The position numbers and the translations under genes are program-made. From NCBI GenBank assembly GCA_018902915.1, contig JAHIPS010000106.1, forward strand, positions 5,504 to 69,503: a stretch of 64,000 bases of DNA, in the 5' to 3' direction. Each line of letters begins with the position of its first letter. Position 1 is the stretch's first letter. The notes below the pieces were generated by a model, which worked only from the letters and a program-made list of their open reading frames with translations, was not told the origin of the DNA and ran no database searches. The DNA comes from Candidatus Omnitrophota bacterium. GTDB taxonomy: Bacteria; Omnitrophota; Gorgyraeia; Gorgyraeales; Gorgyraeaceae. Of this stretch, positions 9,441-19,924 are shown piece by piece.

Positions 9441-10889
9441 TTAGCGCGCCCCCACTGAAAAGAGCACCGCTGGTATTGTTTTTAATAAAATCTTGAAATC
9501 CAACCCTAGCGACCAGTTATCGATGTATTCCAGATCCATCTTTATCCATTTCTCAAAATCAACATTATTCCTGCCATTGGTCTGCCACAGACAGGTAAGT
9601 CCCGGCTTCATGCTAAGACGCCTCCTCTGCCATACCCTGTATTTATCGACCTCTGAAGGAATAGGCGGCCGCGGACCTACAAGAGACATGTCGCCCTTAA
9701 GTATATTAAATAATTGGGGTAATTCATCAAGGCTTGTCCTGCGCAGGAAATTTCCAAATTTCGTAACGCGGGGATCGCTGCGCATCTTAAAGGCAAGGCC
9801 GTGCATTTCATTAAGCGGATCCAATCCCTCTTTTTCCTTCTCAGCACCATTTACCATGGTTCTGAATTTATACATCACAAATTCTCTTCCATTAAGGCCG
9901 CTTCGCACCTGTTTAAATATGGCCTGACCTGGAGAAAGCCATTTTATAATAACAGTTATGGCTATAAAAAGAGGCAGCGCCATAATGATACCTATCACGG
10001 AAGATATTATATCAAACAACCTCTTCAATAACAACTGCCATTCTTCGCCCACTGTTGTCTGAAAACCAAGAAGCGGGATACCCCCTATCTCGCTGGACAT
10101 TGACTGGGCTATTTTCATATTGAAGAAATCTACGGCTATTGTTGTTTTCACGCCCTGCGTCTCGCACGCAAGAAGGCTATCTTCAATAAGAGACAGCCAT
10201 TTTCGCGGCACTATGAATATAACCTCATCAATAACTTTTTTACTTAGTATCGTCGGTATATCCTCCAGGAGCCCTATAACCTTTTTCCCGTAAACGCTGT
10301 TTCCGAGCCTTTCCTTTTCAGCATCTATCAGACCTATTATCCTTAATCCCCACTCATCGTGTCTTTGCACAAGCTTTATGAAATCTTCTGCCCTCGGACC
10401 AGTGCCCACCAATAATATATCCTTATGATTATATCCTTTTTTTCTTAAAAACCTCAAAAATGAAACGACAACCCATCTCTCTAATATCAATAACAGGCTT
10501 GTTATAAAAAGCGACATCACGATAAAGCTCCTGCTTATAAAGGCCAATTTAAAAATAAACGCTATCGCGCCAAAGACAACCATAACAAAAAATACACTCT
10601 TTGCAATGCTCCATACGATCTCGAAGAAACTCTTTTTTCTAAAGGATCCATATAATCCGCAGGAATTAAGGGCCATCCACCATATAAAAAGTATTACCGG
10701 AAGCATATTTAAATATCTGGAAAAGCCGACCAGGTCATCCATGACCTGTCTTTGCGGGAAAAAATCAAAGGCGTATATTGTATGGATATTGTCCCTGATG
10801 AGGAAGGCAAGCAAAAACGAGACAAACACTACAAATATATCTACCAGTTTTAATAATCTTCTTAGAAGTTGTTCTTTTTCTTTTATCAT
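9441..10889 (-). CDS. Priming polyprenyl-phosphate sugar transferase (WcaJ/WbaP/CpsE family)
   Basis: N-terminal TMs, KRLFDI, KFRTM, DPRVT, RRTSLDELPQL, GDMSLVGPRP, KPGLT. Confidence 0.93.
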   Translation of the reverse strand: MIKEKEQLLRRLLKLVDIFVVFVSFLLAFLIRDNIHTIYAFDFFPQRQVMDDLVGFSRYLNMLPVILFIWWMALNSCGLYGSFRKKSFFEIVWSIAKSVFFVMVVFGAIAFIFKLAFISRSFIVMSLFITSLLLILERWVVVSFLRFLRKKGYNHKDILLVGTGPRAEDFIKLVQRHDEWGLRIIGLIDAEKERLGNSVYGKKVIGLLEDIPTILSKKVIDEVIFIVPRKWLSLIEDSLLACETQGVKTTIAVDFFNMKIAQSMSSEIGGIPLLGFQTTVGEEWQLLLKRLFDIISSVIGIIMALPLFIAITVIIKWLSPGQAIFKQVRSGLNGREFVMYKFRTMVNGAEKEKEGLDPLNEMHGLAFKMRSDPRVTKFGNFLRRTSLDELPQLFNILKGDMSLVGPRPPIPSEVDKYRVWQRRRLSMKPGLTCLWQTNGRNNVDFEKWIKMDLEYIDNWSLGLDFKILLKTIPAVLFSVGAR

Positions 10890-10908
10890 GACATTATTTC
10901 CCCGAATT

Positions 10909-12336
10909 TCATATGCAGGCCTCTATCGAATTCTTCCATCCGTAATGCGGTCTAAAGGCCAGGCACCTGCCCTTAATGGCATCCAGAGGTTTGTTCCAAT
11001 CATTTACGTTCGATACACAATTTATTTTTTTGAAATCACAATCACAAAGCCTATCCAGATTCACCTTTGATATCTTTTTAAACTTGGGTATCTTTATAGG
11101 GTCAAAGCCCATAAGCCTGCTTGTGACTACATCTACTAAAAAATCATTGGATCCGGCTACCAATACACCGCAGCGTTTAGATCGAGGATTAATAGGGCCG
11201 TCCCCTTCGCCGGCTATAATACCGTCTACGATAACAAACATCTTACGCTGTCTTTTTTCTCGCATAACACCCTTTTTATCAGCATAGGAAACTATATATG
11301 CAAGGTCTAAAATAGTCCTCCACATAACATCATTACCTGGCCAGTCCCCCCTGCTTACACACACATCTGTAACGCCTTTAAATTGCCTAAGATTATCTAT
11401 AATCGGTATAATAATTCTTCCGAGATATCTCTTTAATAAGCCTACTGCTGTCTTTTTTATCCCGGCTGACGAATCCCTTGAAGCACTGCAGGAAGGCGCA
11501 TTCGTGTGCGGCAACCAGTCTCTCTCTCCGGTAACACCTATCATATTTTTAAGGGCCAGGGTAACACCTGAGCGTTTATGCGTTTTCATCTTTGGAAGGT
11601 TCAATATTACGTCTGCCTGTAACAGCGTATTGGATATTGAATATTCGCTGTTATCTTTATTGTGGTGTAAGCGCAGTATTTCCGGCTTGAAGTCAGGGCC
11701 GCTTAAAGATCCGCAATCTATGCCGCCTATCTTAAATTCACTGCTCGAGCCCAGGTCCACCCTTGTGTAACCAGCAGGATCCCCCTTCAGTCTGATCCTT
11801 TTAACTATATCGTTATTTTTCCTTATAACCATCTCCTGCCTTAAATCATATATATCTAATTCAAAACCGGCGTTCTTCCTGTAAAATTCCCTGACCTCCT
11901 CCAGACCTGAAAGTCTGACTATCTTATCGAAATCGCCGTCGTCCACGGGCCCATCTGCGATTATGATCCTGCCCTTACCTTTTAAGGCAATATAGGCATA
12001 ATCCGTGACTGCCCTGATCAAAGAACCGTGCGTGATCAAGGCCTTTATCCCTCCGGGCCTTCCGCTAAAATGCCTCATAAAATTCGGTTTTATCAGCACC
12101 TTCTGGCCCGGCAATATAAATGAACCTAACGGATTCCAGTCCACTGTGCCGAAATTATCCAGGTCCAGTTCCATAAGCTTAAACAATTCCCTCAAAGACG
12201 CGTAGATCTCATTCCCCCTGTCTGTGATCCTGCTTTCCTTGAAAGGATACTCCTTGAATATAAAAGGAGGGTTATGAGGAGCCCTTTTAGAATAATCCGT
12301 CTTCTTCTGTTTGTAGATACCGACTTTATCTTTCAT
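10909..12336 (-). CDS. DUF362 domain protein
   Basis: KVLIKPN, NLPKMKTH, TLALKNMIG, DGIIAGEGDGP. Confidence 0.85.
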   Translation of the reverse strand: MKDKVGIYKQKKTDYSKRAPHNPPFIFKEYPFKESRITDRGNEIYASLRELFKLMELDLDNFGTVDWNPLGSFILPGQKVLIKPNFMRHFSGRPGGIKALITHGSLIRAVTDYAYIALKGKGRIIIADGPVDDGDFDKIVRLSGLEEVREFYRKNAGFELDIYDLRQEMVIRKNNDIVKRIRLKGDPAGYTRVDLGSSSEFKIGGIDCGSLSGPDFKPEILRLHHNKDNSEYSISNTLLQADVILNLPKMKTHKRSGVTLALKNMIGVTGERDWLPHTNAPSCSASRDSSAGIKKTAVGLLKRYLGRIIIPIIDNLRQFKGVTDVCVSRGDWPGNDVMWRTILDLAYIVSYADKKGVMREKRQRKMFVIVDGIIAGEGDGPINPRSKRCGVLVAGSNDFLVDVVTSRLMGFDPIKIPKFKKISKVNLDRLCDCDFKKINCVSNVNDWNKPLDAIKGRCLAFRPHYGWKNSIEACI

Positions 12337-12346
12337 CGATCCTCCG

Positions 12347-13297
12347 TCAACGTCCCAGCGAATAAAAAGAAACCGAGCTTGAAAAAAGGGTTTTATTTAA
12401 AAGAAAACTCGCGTCTATTGATCTTAACGAAAATCTATCAGTGTCTCTGGAATTAGACCCTTTTATGCATGTCCTGGCATAATCAAACCCCGCATCCCTG
12501 AGGATACCCCTGACCCTGTCATCATGTTTTCCGAACGGGTAGCAGAAGCCGATTTGTTCTGGCCCCAGCTTTCCCTGCAGTTCCAGCCTGGAATCCATGA
12601 GCTCCTTTTGCATCTCATTATCCCCCATAAGGCACAGGTTCCTGTGTGTCTTTGTATGCGAACCAAAGTCTAAGCCTGATCCGGCCATTTCATTGATCTC
12701 TTTCCACCCGAGCATCCGGTGAGGAGTCATATCCTTGCTTATTTGATATCGGTCCTTTAATCTATCCACGTGATTCCTTATCTCGGATTCTTTCTTATCC
12801 ATAAGAAAACTGTTTATCCGGTTGGCCTTATACGCGTCCTTAAGGATGTCCCCGGTCCTATTTTTTCCATAACGCCGTATTATCTGAAAGACCTCGTCCC
12901 ACCAGAAAAGATGGTCTTTGCCTATAAGATCCGTTGTAAGAAATATCGTCGCAGACAGGCCGTATTTCTTGATGATAGGAAAGGCGTGCGTATAGTTATC
13001 CATGTAGCCGTCATCCAGATTTATAGAGACATAAACTCCCCTGCGTCCTTTATCTGAAAGTAAGCTTAGCCCATCGGTCATTGTCACGACCTCGAAATTA
13101 TCCTTTATAAATCTCATATGAGATTCAAAAACATCAGCCGGCACACCCATATATTCGTACGAATCCATAGACGGGCACACCCTGTGATAAACTATGGTCA
13201 GTAAAAGAGGTCTTCTCGAGTTACGTAAAAACCAAAACATGCATCTCTCCATCCCTGAATAATGATATATATATTTCGCTAGATCCCTGGCCCTCAT
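12347..13297 (-). CDS. Polysaccharide deacetylase (CE4)
   Basis: YHRV, NLDDGYMDN, GSHTKTH, FCYPFG. Confidence 0.9.
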   Translation of the reverse strand: MRARDLAKYIYHYSGMERCMFWFLRNSRRPLLLTIVYHRVCPSMDSYEYMGVPADVFESHMRFIKDNFEVVTMTDGLSLLSDKGRRGVYVSINLDDGYMDNYTHAFPIIKKYGLSATIFLTTDLIGKDHLFWWDEVFQIIRRYGKNRTGDILKDAYKANRINSFLMDKKESEIRNHVDRLKDRYQISKDMTPHRMLGWKEINEMAGSGLDFGSHTKTHRNLCLMGDNEMQKELMDSRLELQGKLGPEQIGFCYPFGKHDDRVRGILRDAGFDYARTCIKGSNSRDTDRFSLRSIDASFLLNKTLFSSSVSFYSLGR

Positions 13298-14415
13298 ATA
13301 AACACCTGCTTTATCTTTCTCAATATTCCATAGATGATCCTGTGCCTTTTTATGCGTTTGATCGCCGAGTATAACAGGTAAAGGCCTTTGCCATAAAAGT
13401 TGTCATTAAAGATCCTTACCTTTTCCTGCATCCTGAAATCCTGCGTCAACCTCGTCTTCCACTCCTCTTCTCCTCTGCCAAAATCTATTTCCTTTATGCC
13501 TTTTGAAATGGCATTTTCTATGCTCCACAGCATCAGCATGGTGCCGGGAGACATATGTGAATATCTGGAATCGAATTCTATGCTGTAATTGGACAGCCTG
13601 CCGTTGTATAAAAAATTATATATATACGCGATAGGCGTGTCTCCCATCTTGAGGATGGATATATCCAGGCATCCGGAATTTGCGAATCCGAGGAATATAT
13701 CTTTATGGAAATCCCTGATACCATGTTTCAAAAAGACACTTTTATGCCCTGTCCCTTTCCAGCTCCTGCTCGCTATAAACTGTATTTCGTCAAGCAGGGC
13801 CTCTTTCACTTCATTATGCCTGTAACGCCTGAATTCCAGGTTAGCCCTGACCTCTTTATTTAACTTCTTGGTCTTTCTATGGAACTTTTTGGAAACCTTC
13901 TTTAAAATAAAATCTACATTGTCGTTTAATTTAATAAAAAAGGACCTATCCCAGGGGCCTGACACAGACTTAAGATCCCGGAGCTTAACCCATTTTTTTA
14001 TGGTCTCTGCGGTCCCGGAGAATCTTACAATTTCATGAAAATCCAGAAAATCCCAATCCCTGCCAATACCTATAAGGTAATCCATTATGGACAGGACGCA
14101 TTTTTCTCTAGGCCCGTCGAGAATAAAATCCATCCTGTCCGATGCCGTGGTCCCTATAAAACAGACAGACCTTGCATAAAGTCCCATAACACCGTGTCTT
14201 CTGACCATAAGTGGGGCTATGCCGACCATTGCATCATCATCAAAAACTGTTAATATAATGAGCCTGTTGCCATTACAGCAATTCTTTATATAAGAGTTCA
14301 TCCAGTCGTAGGTAAGGAACACGTTGTCCGCTTTACTCCTCGTGATCAAATCACCCCACGCTTCTTTCATGCCCCTGAACTCTTCATAACTGGAAAGCTC
14401 TTTTATTCTTATCAT
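13294..14415 (-). CDS. GNAT acetyltransferase, CelD/BcsL family
   Basis: VFLTYDW, VGIAPL, SPGTMLM, DFGRGEEEWK. Confidence 0.85.
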   Translation of the reverse strand: MIRIKELSSYEEFRGMKEAWGDLITRSKADNVFLTYDWMNSYIKNCCNGNRLIILTVFDDDAMVGIAPLMVRRHGVMGLYARSVCFIGTTASDRMDFILDGPREKCVLSIMDYLIGIGRDWDFLDFHEIVRFSGTAETIKKWVKLRDLKSVSGPWDRSFFIKLNDNVDFILKKVSKKFHRKTKKLNKEVRANLEFRRYRHNEVKEALLDEIQFIASRSWKGTGHKSVFLKHGIRDFHKDIFLGFANSGCLDISILKMGDTPIAYIYNFLYNGRLSNYSIEFDSRYSHMSPGTMLMLWSIENAISKGIKEIDFGRGEEEWKTRLTQDFRMQEKVRIFNDNFYGKGLYLLYSAIKRIKRHRIIYGILRKIKQVFI

Positions 14416-14419
14416 AGGT

Positions 14420-16978
14420 TTATAAGGCCCTCAGGCTGATGCCATCTATATAAAGATTCCTGTCCTTCATGGATCCCTCGTCATAGTAATCATTGTCAAA
14501 AACTATCCCGAATCTATTGCTGGAGCTATCTACGATTATAATCCCGGAATATTCCTTCCAATCATCGCTAACATATATATCCATGGCATCTTTATTATTA
14601 AACTTTACTATCATGTGCGGCCAGGTGTCGGAGGAGTCCTCGCCCCTTGCCTTAACCTTAAATTCATACATCCCTGCGGGTAAAAACATATCTATGCCAA
14701 ACTCCCCCTTCTCACACATATCCTTTTTTATGTCAAACCTCAGTTCAAAGCCTCCGGTTTTCAAATCCGATGTTACAGGAATGCGGTTAAAATCCAGTAT
14801 CCTGTAAATCTCGCTGTCATGATCGTGAGCCCTGACTATTTTCTTTGATATCTTATATGCCAGCTGGTATACTTCAGGGTTTCGAGGATCCACGACTCGT
14901 GATTTTTCTAAAAATCTCTCTGCCGTCCCGACGTATCCCTTATTCAGATAATATTCCCCCAACGATGTAAACAATAGGGATTTTCTTCTTGCGGAAAACC
15001 TGAGCTTCCTGTATTTGAGTAAAGCGTCTTTTATCAGAAACCTCTTTAGATAGCATCTGACCTGGCCCAGCTTGGCGTTTTCATTGTCTTCCCTGATCGC
15101 CTCTGCCATCTCGTAATATGCCATGGCCTTATTTATGTCCCGGGCGGCAAAGGCCAGGTCCGCCATGTCTTCATAAGATCCTTCGTCCATGAACGTCTCT
15201 GCTATGGATAAGCGCCCTTCTGACTCAGACATTGCGGCCGAGACCCTTTTGTACACCTCACTCGATAAACGGGCATTTCCTGTATTCAACAAGAACCCGG
15301 CATGCCTTTTTAAATAATACCAATTTGACGGGTCAAGCTCTATCGCCTCTTTATAGGCGCTATCCGCTAATTTTAGAAACTTGACGTTTGTAAGCGAAGA
15401 TCTGGAAAGCTGATAATAACTGTCAGCCAGCTCGATCCATGACCATGCATCTACAGGATTTAAATCCAATGATTTCTTGTATCCTTCCACTGACTTGTTA
15501 ATATATTCCCTGCCATCAGCCATGGTCTGAGCTTTTTTAGTATAGATATTTGCAAGTCTATACGGGTATGAATGATTAAAACGGCATAACCTTGTCGCGG
15601 CTATGGACAGGCGTTCTGCCTCTGCCAGGTCATTCCTGATAATAGCCCTGTCAGACGCCGTTGAACAGATCTCCGCAGCGAGCGCAGCGCTTATAAAAAC
15701 GATCGATGTAATTATAACTACGGCTGCAAGGGGTTTAAAAAATCTACGTACTGGAGGATCGATCCTTAACACAAGCTGAGGAAGATCCTTTTCTTTTTTA
15801 GAGGATATGTTAAATACAAGTCCGGAAAAAACAACAAATATAATAACATTTGCTGGTATGTAAAAATTAAAATCCCCCAGGCCGTGAATGGACATGCTCA
15901 AAATCCCTGCGGCCAGTGAAAGAGAGATCCAACTCTTAAAAGAGCTCCTGGCTATCCTGTGTGTCGTGAGGGCCTTTTTAACTATCACTGATATAATAAA
16001 GAGCATCAGGCACAGGGCAAATATGCCCATCTCGGAAGCTATCTGCAGATAATCATTATGCGCGTAATTCGCGAACACATTAAAACCCGCGGGCCTGTAT
16101 CTTGGAAAATTATAGATGAATGTCCCGGGGCCTGTGCCTAACAGCCAGTTATTCTTTATGACTCCCAGGGTGCCTTTCCAGATCTCAAGCCTTCCTTCGA
16201 AATCCAATTCGCCATAGCTCGACAGTCTTCTTAACAAAGACTCGAGATAGGTCGTGTTCAATACGAAAACTCCGAAGATCACGGCAAGCAAAACAAACAT
16301 GAAGAGAATAGATCTGTTCCTGTTCTTTTTAAAGATCATGACCGTCATAAACCCCATGGCTGCCGCTAAAGAGATCCACCCGCCCCTTGACATGGAAAGA
16401 AGGAATGCGATGCATAAGACCAAAAAACAATAGATATAGAGGGATTTCTTACCCATGTCCTTCTCTGACAGGGCCATGCCTATAGATAAAGGTATGACAA
16501 GCCCCGTTAAACCGGCAAAATGATTATGGTTCACATATGTCGCGGAAAGAAATAACGGCTTATCCCACCACGATTTATCCAGAACCCCTAAATATTGCAA
16601 TATCCCGAACATGGCGATCCCCGTACCCGTTACTAAAATTAAATTTAAAATTCTTTTTATCTGTTTTTCTATCGTGATGCAGTTCACGACCAGATAAAAG
16701 ACAAGGCCCAGGATTATAAACCTTGCAATCTCCATGACCGAGCCATAGATATAATCCGACCTGAAGACCGCTATAAGGGAAAGGATGAAAAACAATAATA
16801 TGGGCGCGTCTAAAGGTGTTCTTTTTATTCTTATCTCTCCATATGTAAGCTGTTTAAATATATATATAAGAAATGCGGCCAATATAATAATATATACAGA
16901 GGCGTAAGCCCATATCCTCACCGCGCCTCTGGCTATGGGAGCGAATATCAAAATTGAGTTAAGTAGCAATTCTATCAT
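14420..16978 (-). CDS. O-antigen ligase/Wzy_C-family protein with TPRs and C-terminal CBM60-like domain
   Basis: TYVNHNHFAG, SMSRGG, RLEIW, GTGPGTF, AHNDYLQ; TPR-like helices; WPHM...FDNDYY...DRNLYID. Confidence 0.8.
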   Translation of the reverse strand: MIELLLNSILIFAPIARGAVRIWAYASVYIIILAAFLIYIFKQLTYGEIRIKRTPLDAPILLFFILSLIAVFRSDYIYGSVMEIARFIILGLVFYLVVNCITIEKQIKRILNLILVTGTGIAMFGILQYLGVLDKSWWDKPLFLSATYVNHNHFAGLTGLVIPLSIGMALSEKDMGKKSLYIYCFLVLCIAFLLSMSRGGWISLAAAMGFMTVMIFKKNRNRSILFMFVLLAVIFGVFVLNTTYLESLLRRLSSYGELDFEGRLEIWKGTLGVIKNNWLLGTGPGTFIYNFPRYRPAGFNVFANYAHNDYLQIASEMGIFALCLMLFIISVIVKKALTTHRIARSSFKSWISLSLAAGILSMSIHGLGDFNFYIPANVIIFVVFSGLVFNISSKKEKDLPQLVLRIDPPVRRFFKPLAAVVIITSIVFISAALAAEICSTASDRAIIRNDLAEAERLSIAATRLCRFNHSYPYRLANIYTKKAQTMADGREYINKSVEGYKKSLDLNPVDAWSWIELADSYYQLSRSSLTNVKFLKLADSAYKEAIELDPSNWYYLKRHAGFLLNTGNARLSSEVYKRVSAAMSESEGRLSIAETFMDEGSYEDMADLAFAARDINKAMAYYEMAEAIREDNENAKLGQVRCYLKRFLIKDALLKYRKLRFSARRKSLLFTSLGEYYLNKGYVGTAERFLEKSRVVDPRNPEVYQLAYKISKKIVRAHDHDSEIYRILDFNRIPVTSDLKTGGFELRFDIKKDMCEKGEFGIDMFLPAGMYEFKVKARGEDSSDTWPHMIVKFNNKDAMDIYVSDDWKEYSGIIIVDSSSNRFGIVFDNDYYDEGSMKDRNLYIDGISLRAL

Positions 16979-17742
16979 ATGGTTTTGGTGAAAATCTTTA
17001 CAATGTCCCTGTCAAACTGGGTCCCGCTATGCCGCGCGAGCTCAGACATGGCCGCCTCTTTCGAGACAGACCTTTTGTAGGAATGCGGGGAAATCATGGA
17101 ATCGTATGCCTCTGCGATTGCAATTATACGGGCGGCCTTTTTGATCTTTTCTCCGCTAAAACCCCTTGGATAGCCTTTGCCATCCAGCCTCTCGTGATGC
17201 TGCAATACAACACCCGAGATCTCTTTTAACCCCTCTATCGAGCTCAATATCTCTTCCCCTGCTATAGGGTGATTTTTTATCGACCTATACTCTTGGGGTG
17301 TCAGGCCTTCTGATTTTAAAAGTATGTGCTTCTCTATGGCCATATGGCCTATATCATGAACAAGACCCGCTATCTCTATATATTTTATATCCGCCTCGCT
17401 CATGGCCATTGCCCTTGCGATCTTGCCGGACAGCATGGACACGTTTTTCGCGTGCATTATCAATGAATTACCTGCAGGACCAAGCGTCTTAAAAACAGGC
17501 AGCATGGCAGTGCATAATCTGAACATCAAAGAAAACTTATCTTCATCGCCTCTTAGCACGACCCTGTCGCCTAATGTAGCCAAGAGTTCGCTCTTACGAA
17601 TCCTGTGATGGCCGCCAGGCGTCTTGAGTGTATTTAATTTGCTGGCATAGATATAATTCTTTATCGTAGAAAGACTCAGATTAAAATGCTCTGCTGCCTG
17701 CTTCGGCGTGAAATAGATGTCTCCGTCGAATTTCTTTTTCAT
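16975..17742 (-). CDS. Excisionase/MerR-like HTH fused to HD-GYP domain
   Basis: FTPKQAA...KTPGGHHRI; HDIGH, HHERLDGKGYP, AYDSM, GTQFD. Confidence 0.85.
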   Translation of the reverse strand: MKKKFDGDIYFTPKQAAEHFNLSLSTIKNYIYASKLNTLKTPGGHHRIRKSELLATLGDRVVLRGDEDKFSLMFRLCTAMLPVFKTLGPAGNSLIMHAKNVSMLSGKIARAMAMSEADIKYIEIAGLVHDIGHMAIEKHILLKSEGLTPQEYRSIKNHPIAGEEILSSIEGLKEISGVVLQHHERLDGKGYPRGFSGEKIKKAARIIAIAEAYDSMISPHSYKRSVSKEAAMSELARHSGTQFDRDIVKIFTKTI

Positions 17743-17832
17743 GATTCCCCCTGTTCGATATTAGTTAGTTTTAACTTTTTTTAAGCGCTTTATATTAAGA
17801 CGGTCCTTGAGTTTTTGTGTCAAAAAACGGGA

Positions 17833-19908
17833 TTAAGCAGTATTATAGTATTTTCTGTAATAGTAATGCGGGTAGGAATAAGAGTCGTTGGTAAGCGAGA
17901 TATTATTTACAATAATCCCTAAAATCCTTGCGTCCACCTTTTCCAGTAAATCCTTTGAGCGGTTTAAAAGATCTCTTGTTGCCTTGCCGCCTTCAGCTAT
18001 CAAAACCACGCCCGTACAGATAGTGGATAAGATCTGCGCATCTGTAACAAGCGCTATAGGAGGCGAGTCGAATATTATCTTTGAAAATTCTGAAGTGGCA
18101 TTTTCCAGGAAAAGCTTCATCCTCTCCGACGAGAGTAGTTCTGCCGGTCTGTGCGTAGCCTTTCCGGCTGTAACCACATACAGGTTATCATTGCCTGAAT
18201 GTCTTACGACACTATTAAAATCATTTTTTCCTGAAAGAAATTCGGACAGGCCTGATTCATTTTTGTCGTTAAATATCGTATGCACCCTGGGCTTACGCAT
18301 ATCAGCGTCCACCAGGAGGACCCTTTCGCCGCTATTCGCTATCATCATTGCAAGATTTACCGCGGTCAGAGTCTTGCCCTCGCGCGGTACAGAACTGGTG
18401 ATGACAAGACTCTTTGCAGAGCTGGAATGATTTAAGGAAAAGAGTAGATTTGTCCTTATAGAACGATATGCCTCGGCAGCCAACGAATGTGAGTCTTTCT
18501 CTACAATGCGGTCAATATCTAATTTTTTCTTTATGTTCTTGCCGTCGGTCCTTACCCTGGGCACAGAACCTAATACAGGTATTTGAAGCAAGGCCGCTAT
18601 CTCAGCAGGATCTCTGAGTGTGGTATCCATATAATCCCTGAAAAACGCTAATCCTATCCCGCCTGCGAAACCCAGTATCATAGAAAAAATTATATTAAGT
18701 TTCTTCCTGGGTTTGATAGGTTTCCTGGGCACTTCTGCCATATCCTGTATACGTATATTATTTGCCTGTACCTGACTCGAGATAGATGTCTCCTTTAACC
18801 TGTTAAGCACGATCTCTAACATGCGCTCATTTGTGTCCACCTCTCTCTGCAGGGCATTATAATCTATTATCTTTCTATCCAGTTCGAGCGCCTTCTTTTT
18901 CTCCCCATCTAACGCTATCTTCAGTTTCCTTTCTTCTTCGAGCGCGCTCTTGTAATCGTTTCCAACTTCGTCTTTTATGCGCGACGCGAGATAGGCTATA
19001 TTGTCCAAAAGGCGTATCATCTTAGGATGCTTGTGCTTGTATACCTTTTTATAATCGGTCAACAGCGCCTCCTGCTTCAAATAGTCATTTTTTAATTGCA
19101 GCAGCGTCTCATTGTCTGCCAGAAGCGCGGGTAGATTCTCCAATAGCATCTCGCCTTCTTTATCCAGCAGGCTTTTGTAAGTAGTCTCGGCCTTTACCCT
19201 TCTCTTCTGGGCATCGACATAACCTGCATTCAGTCTTTCCAGCGAGTCATTGGTAATATTCTCCTGATTTTTTATTGAAACAACATTGTTTTCCTCTTTA
19301 TATACCTGCAGATTGAGCTCTGACTCTGTGACCCTTCTCTTTTGTTTCTCGACTTCCTGCCTCAACCACTCCTGGGCCTCGCCTGATATCTTTATCTTTA
19401 ATGCAAGGTTGGAATATACATAACTCCTGGCAAATTCATTTGCCAGGCGGGCGGCCTGTTTAGGATTTTTATCGTCGATCTGTATCCCTATCATCCTGGT
19501 GTCTCTTATCGACTTGACCTCTAATTTTTTAAGAAGCACCTCTATCGGGTCCTTTGCCTTTTTAAAATCTTCTTGATTAAAAAGCTTGAGCTTTTTAATA
19601 ACAGCGTATGCCAGGCGTCTGCTCTTGATTATCTCGTACTGTGTCTCCATGTAATCCCTGTATCCCCAATAATTGTTTTCGCCTAACTCGACGACATCTC
19701 TCACGTCGCGGCCTGATAAAACCTCCGGACTCCTGGCGTCGACGATCACTGTTGCGGTAGCGCGATAGATCTTCTGCTGTTTAAAGGTACCTATCGCAAT
19801 GGTAGTAACGGTTATCAGGAAGAAACTTATAAAGATCCACTTCCTGCGCCGCAATACCGCAAGATAATCCTTTATATGTATTGTTTTGTTAATATCGCCT
19901 ATATTCAT
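17833..19908 (-). CDS. wzc: Polysaccharide co-polymerase / BY-kinase (Wzc family)
   Basis: PIKP before TM2, EAYRSIRTN, Walker A PREGKT, DADMRKP, DSPP, Tyr-rich tail; ATG 19908 with RBS. Confidence 0.92.
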   Translation of the reverse strand: MNIGDINKTIHIKDYLAVLRRRKWIFISFFLITVTTIAIGTFKQQKIYRATATVIVDARSPEVLSGRDVRDVVELGENNYWGYRDYMETQYEIIKSRRLAYAVIKKLKLFNQEDFKKAKDPIEVLLKKLEVKSIRDTRMIGIQIDDKNPKQAARLANEFARSYVYSNLALKIKISGEAQEWLRQEVEKQKRRVTESELNLQVYKEENNVVSIKNQENITNDSLERLNAGYVDAQKRRVKAETTYKSLLDKEGEMLLENLPALLADNETLLQLKNDYLKQEALLTDYKKVYKHKHPKMIRLLDNIAYLASRIKDEVGNDYKSALEEERKLKIALDGEKKKALELDRKIIDYNALQREVDTNERMLEIVLNRLKETSISSQVQANNIRIQDMAEVPRKPIKPRKKLNIIFSMILGFAGGIGLAFFRDYMDTTLRDPAEIAALLQIPVLGSVPRVRTDGKNIKKKLDIDRIVEKDSHSLAAEAYRSIRTNLLFSLNHSSSAKSLVITSSVPREGKTLTAVNLAMMIANSGERVLLVDADMRKPRVHTIFNDKNESGLSEFLSGKNDFNSVVRHSGNDNLYVVTAGKATHRPAELLSSERMKLFLENATSEFSKIIFDSPPIALVTDAQILSTICTGVVLIAEGGKATRDLLNRSKDLLEKVDARILGIIVNNISLTNDSYSYPHYYYRKYYNTA

Positions 19909-19924
19909 ATGCCTTCCTCTGGTT

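Noticed and set aside
16975-17742. Excisionase marking an integrative element
   Set aside because: HTH is fused to HD-GYP and embedded in the EPS operon; no integrase or att-like repeats seen
17761-17785. TTAGTTA motif shared with 21734-21740 as an operator for the HTH-HD-GYP protein
   Set aside because: Short and AT-rich; cannot be distinguished from chance
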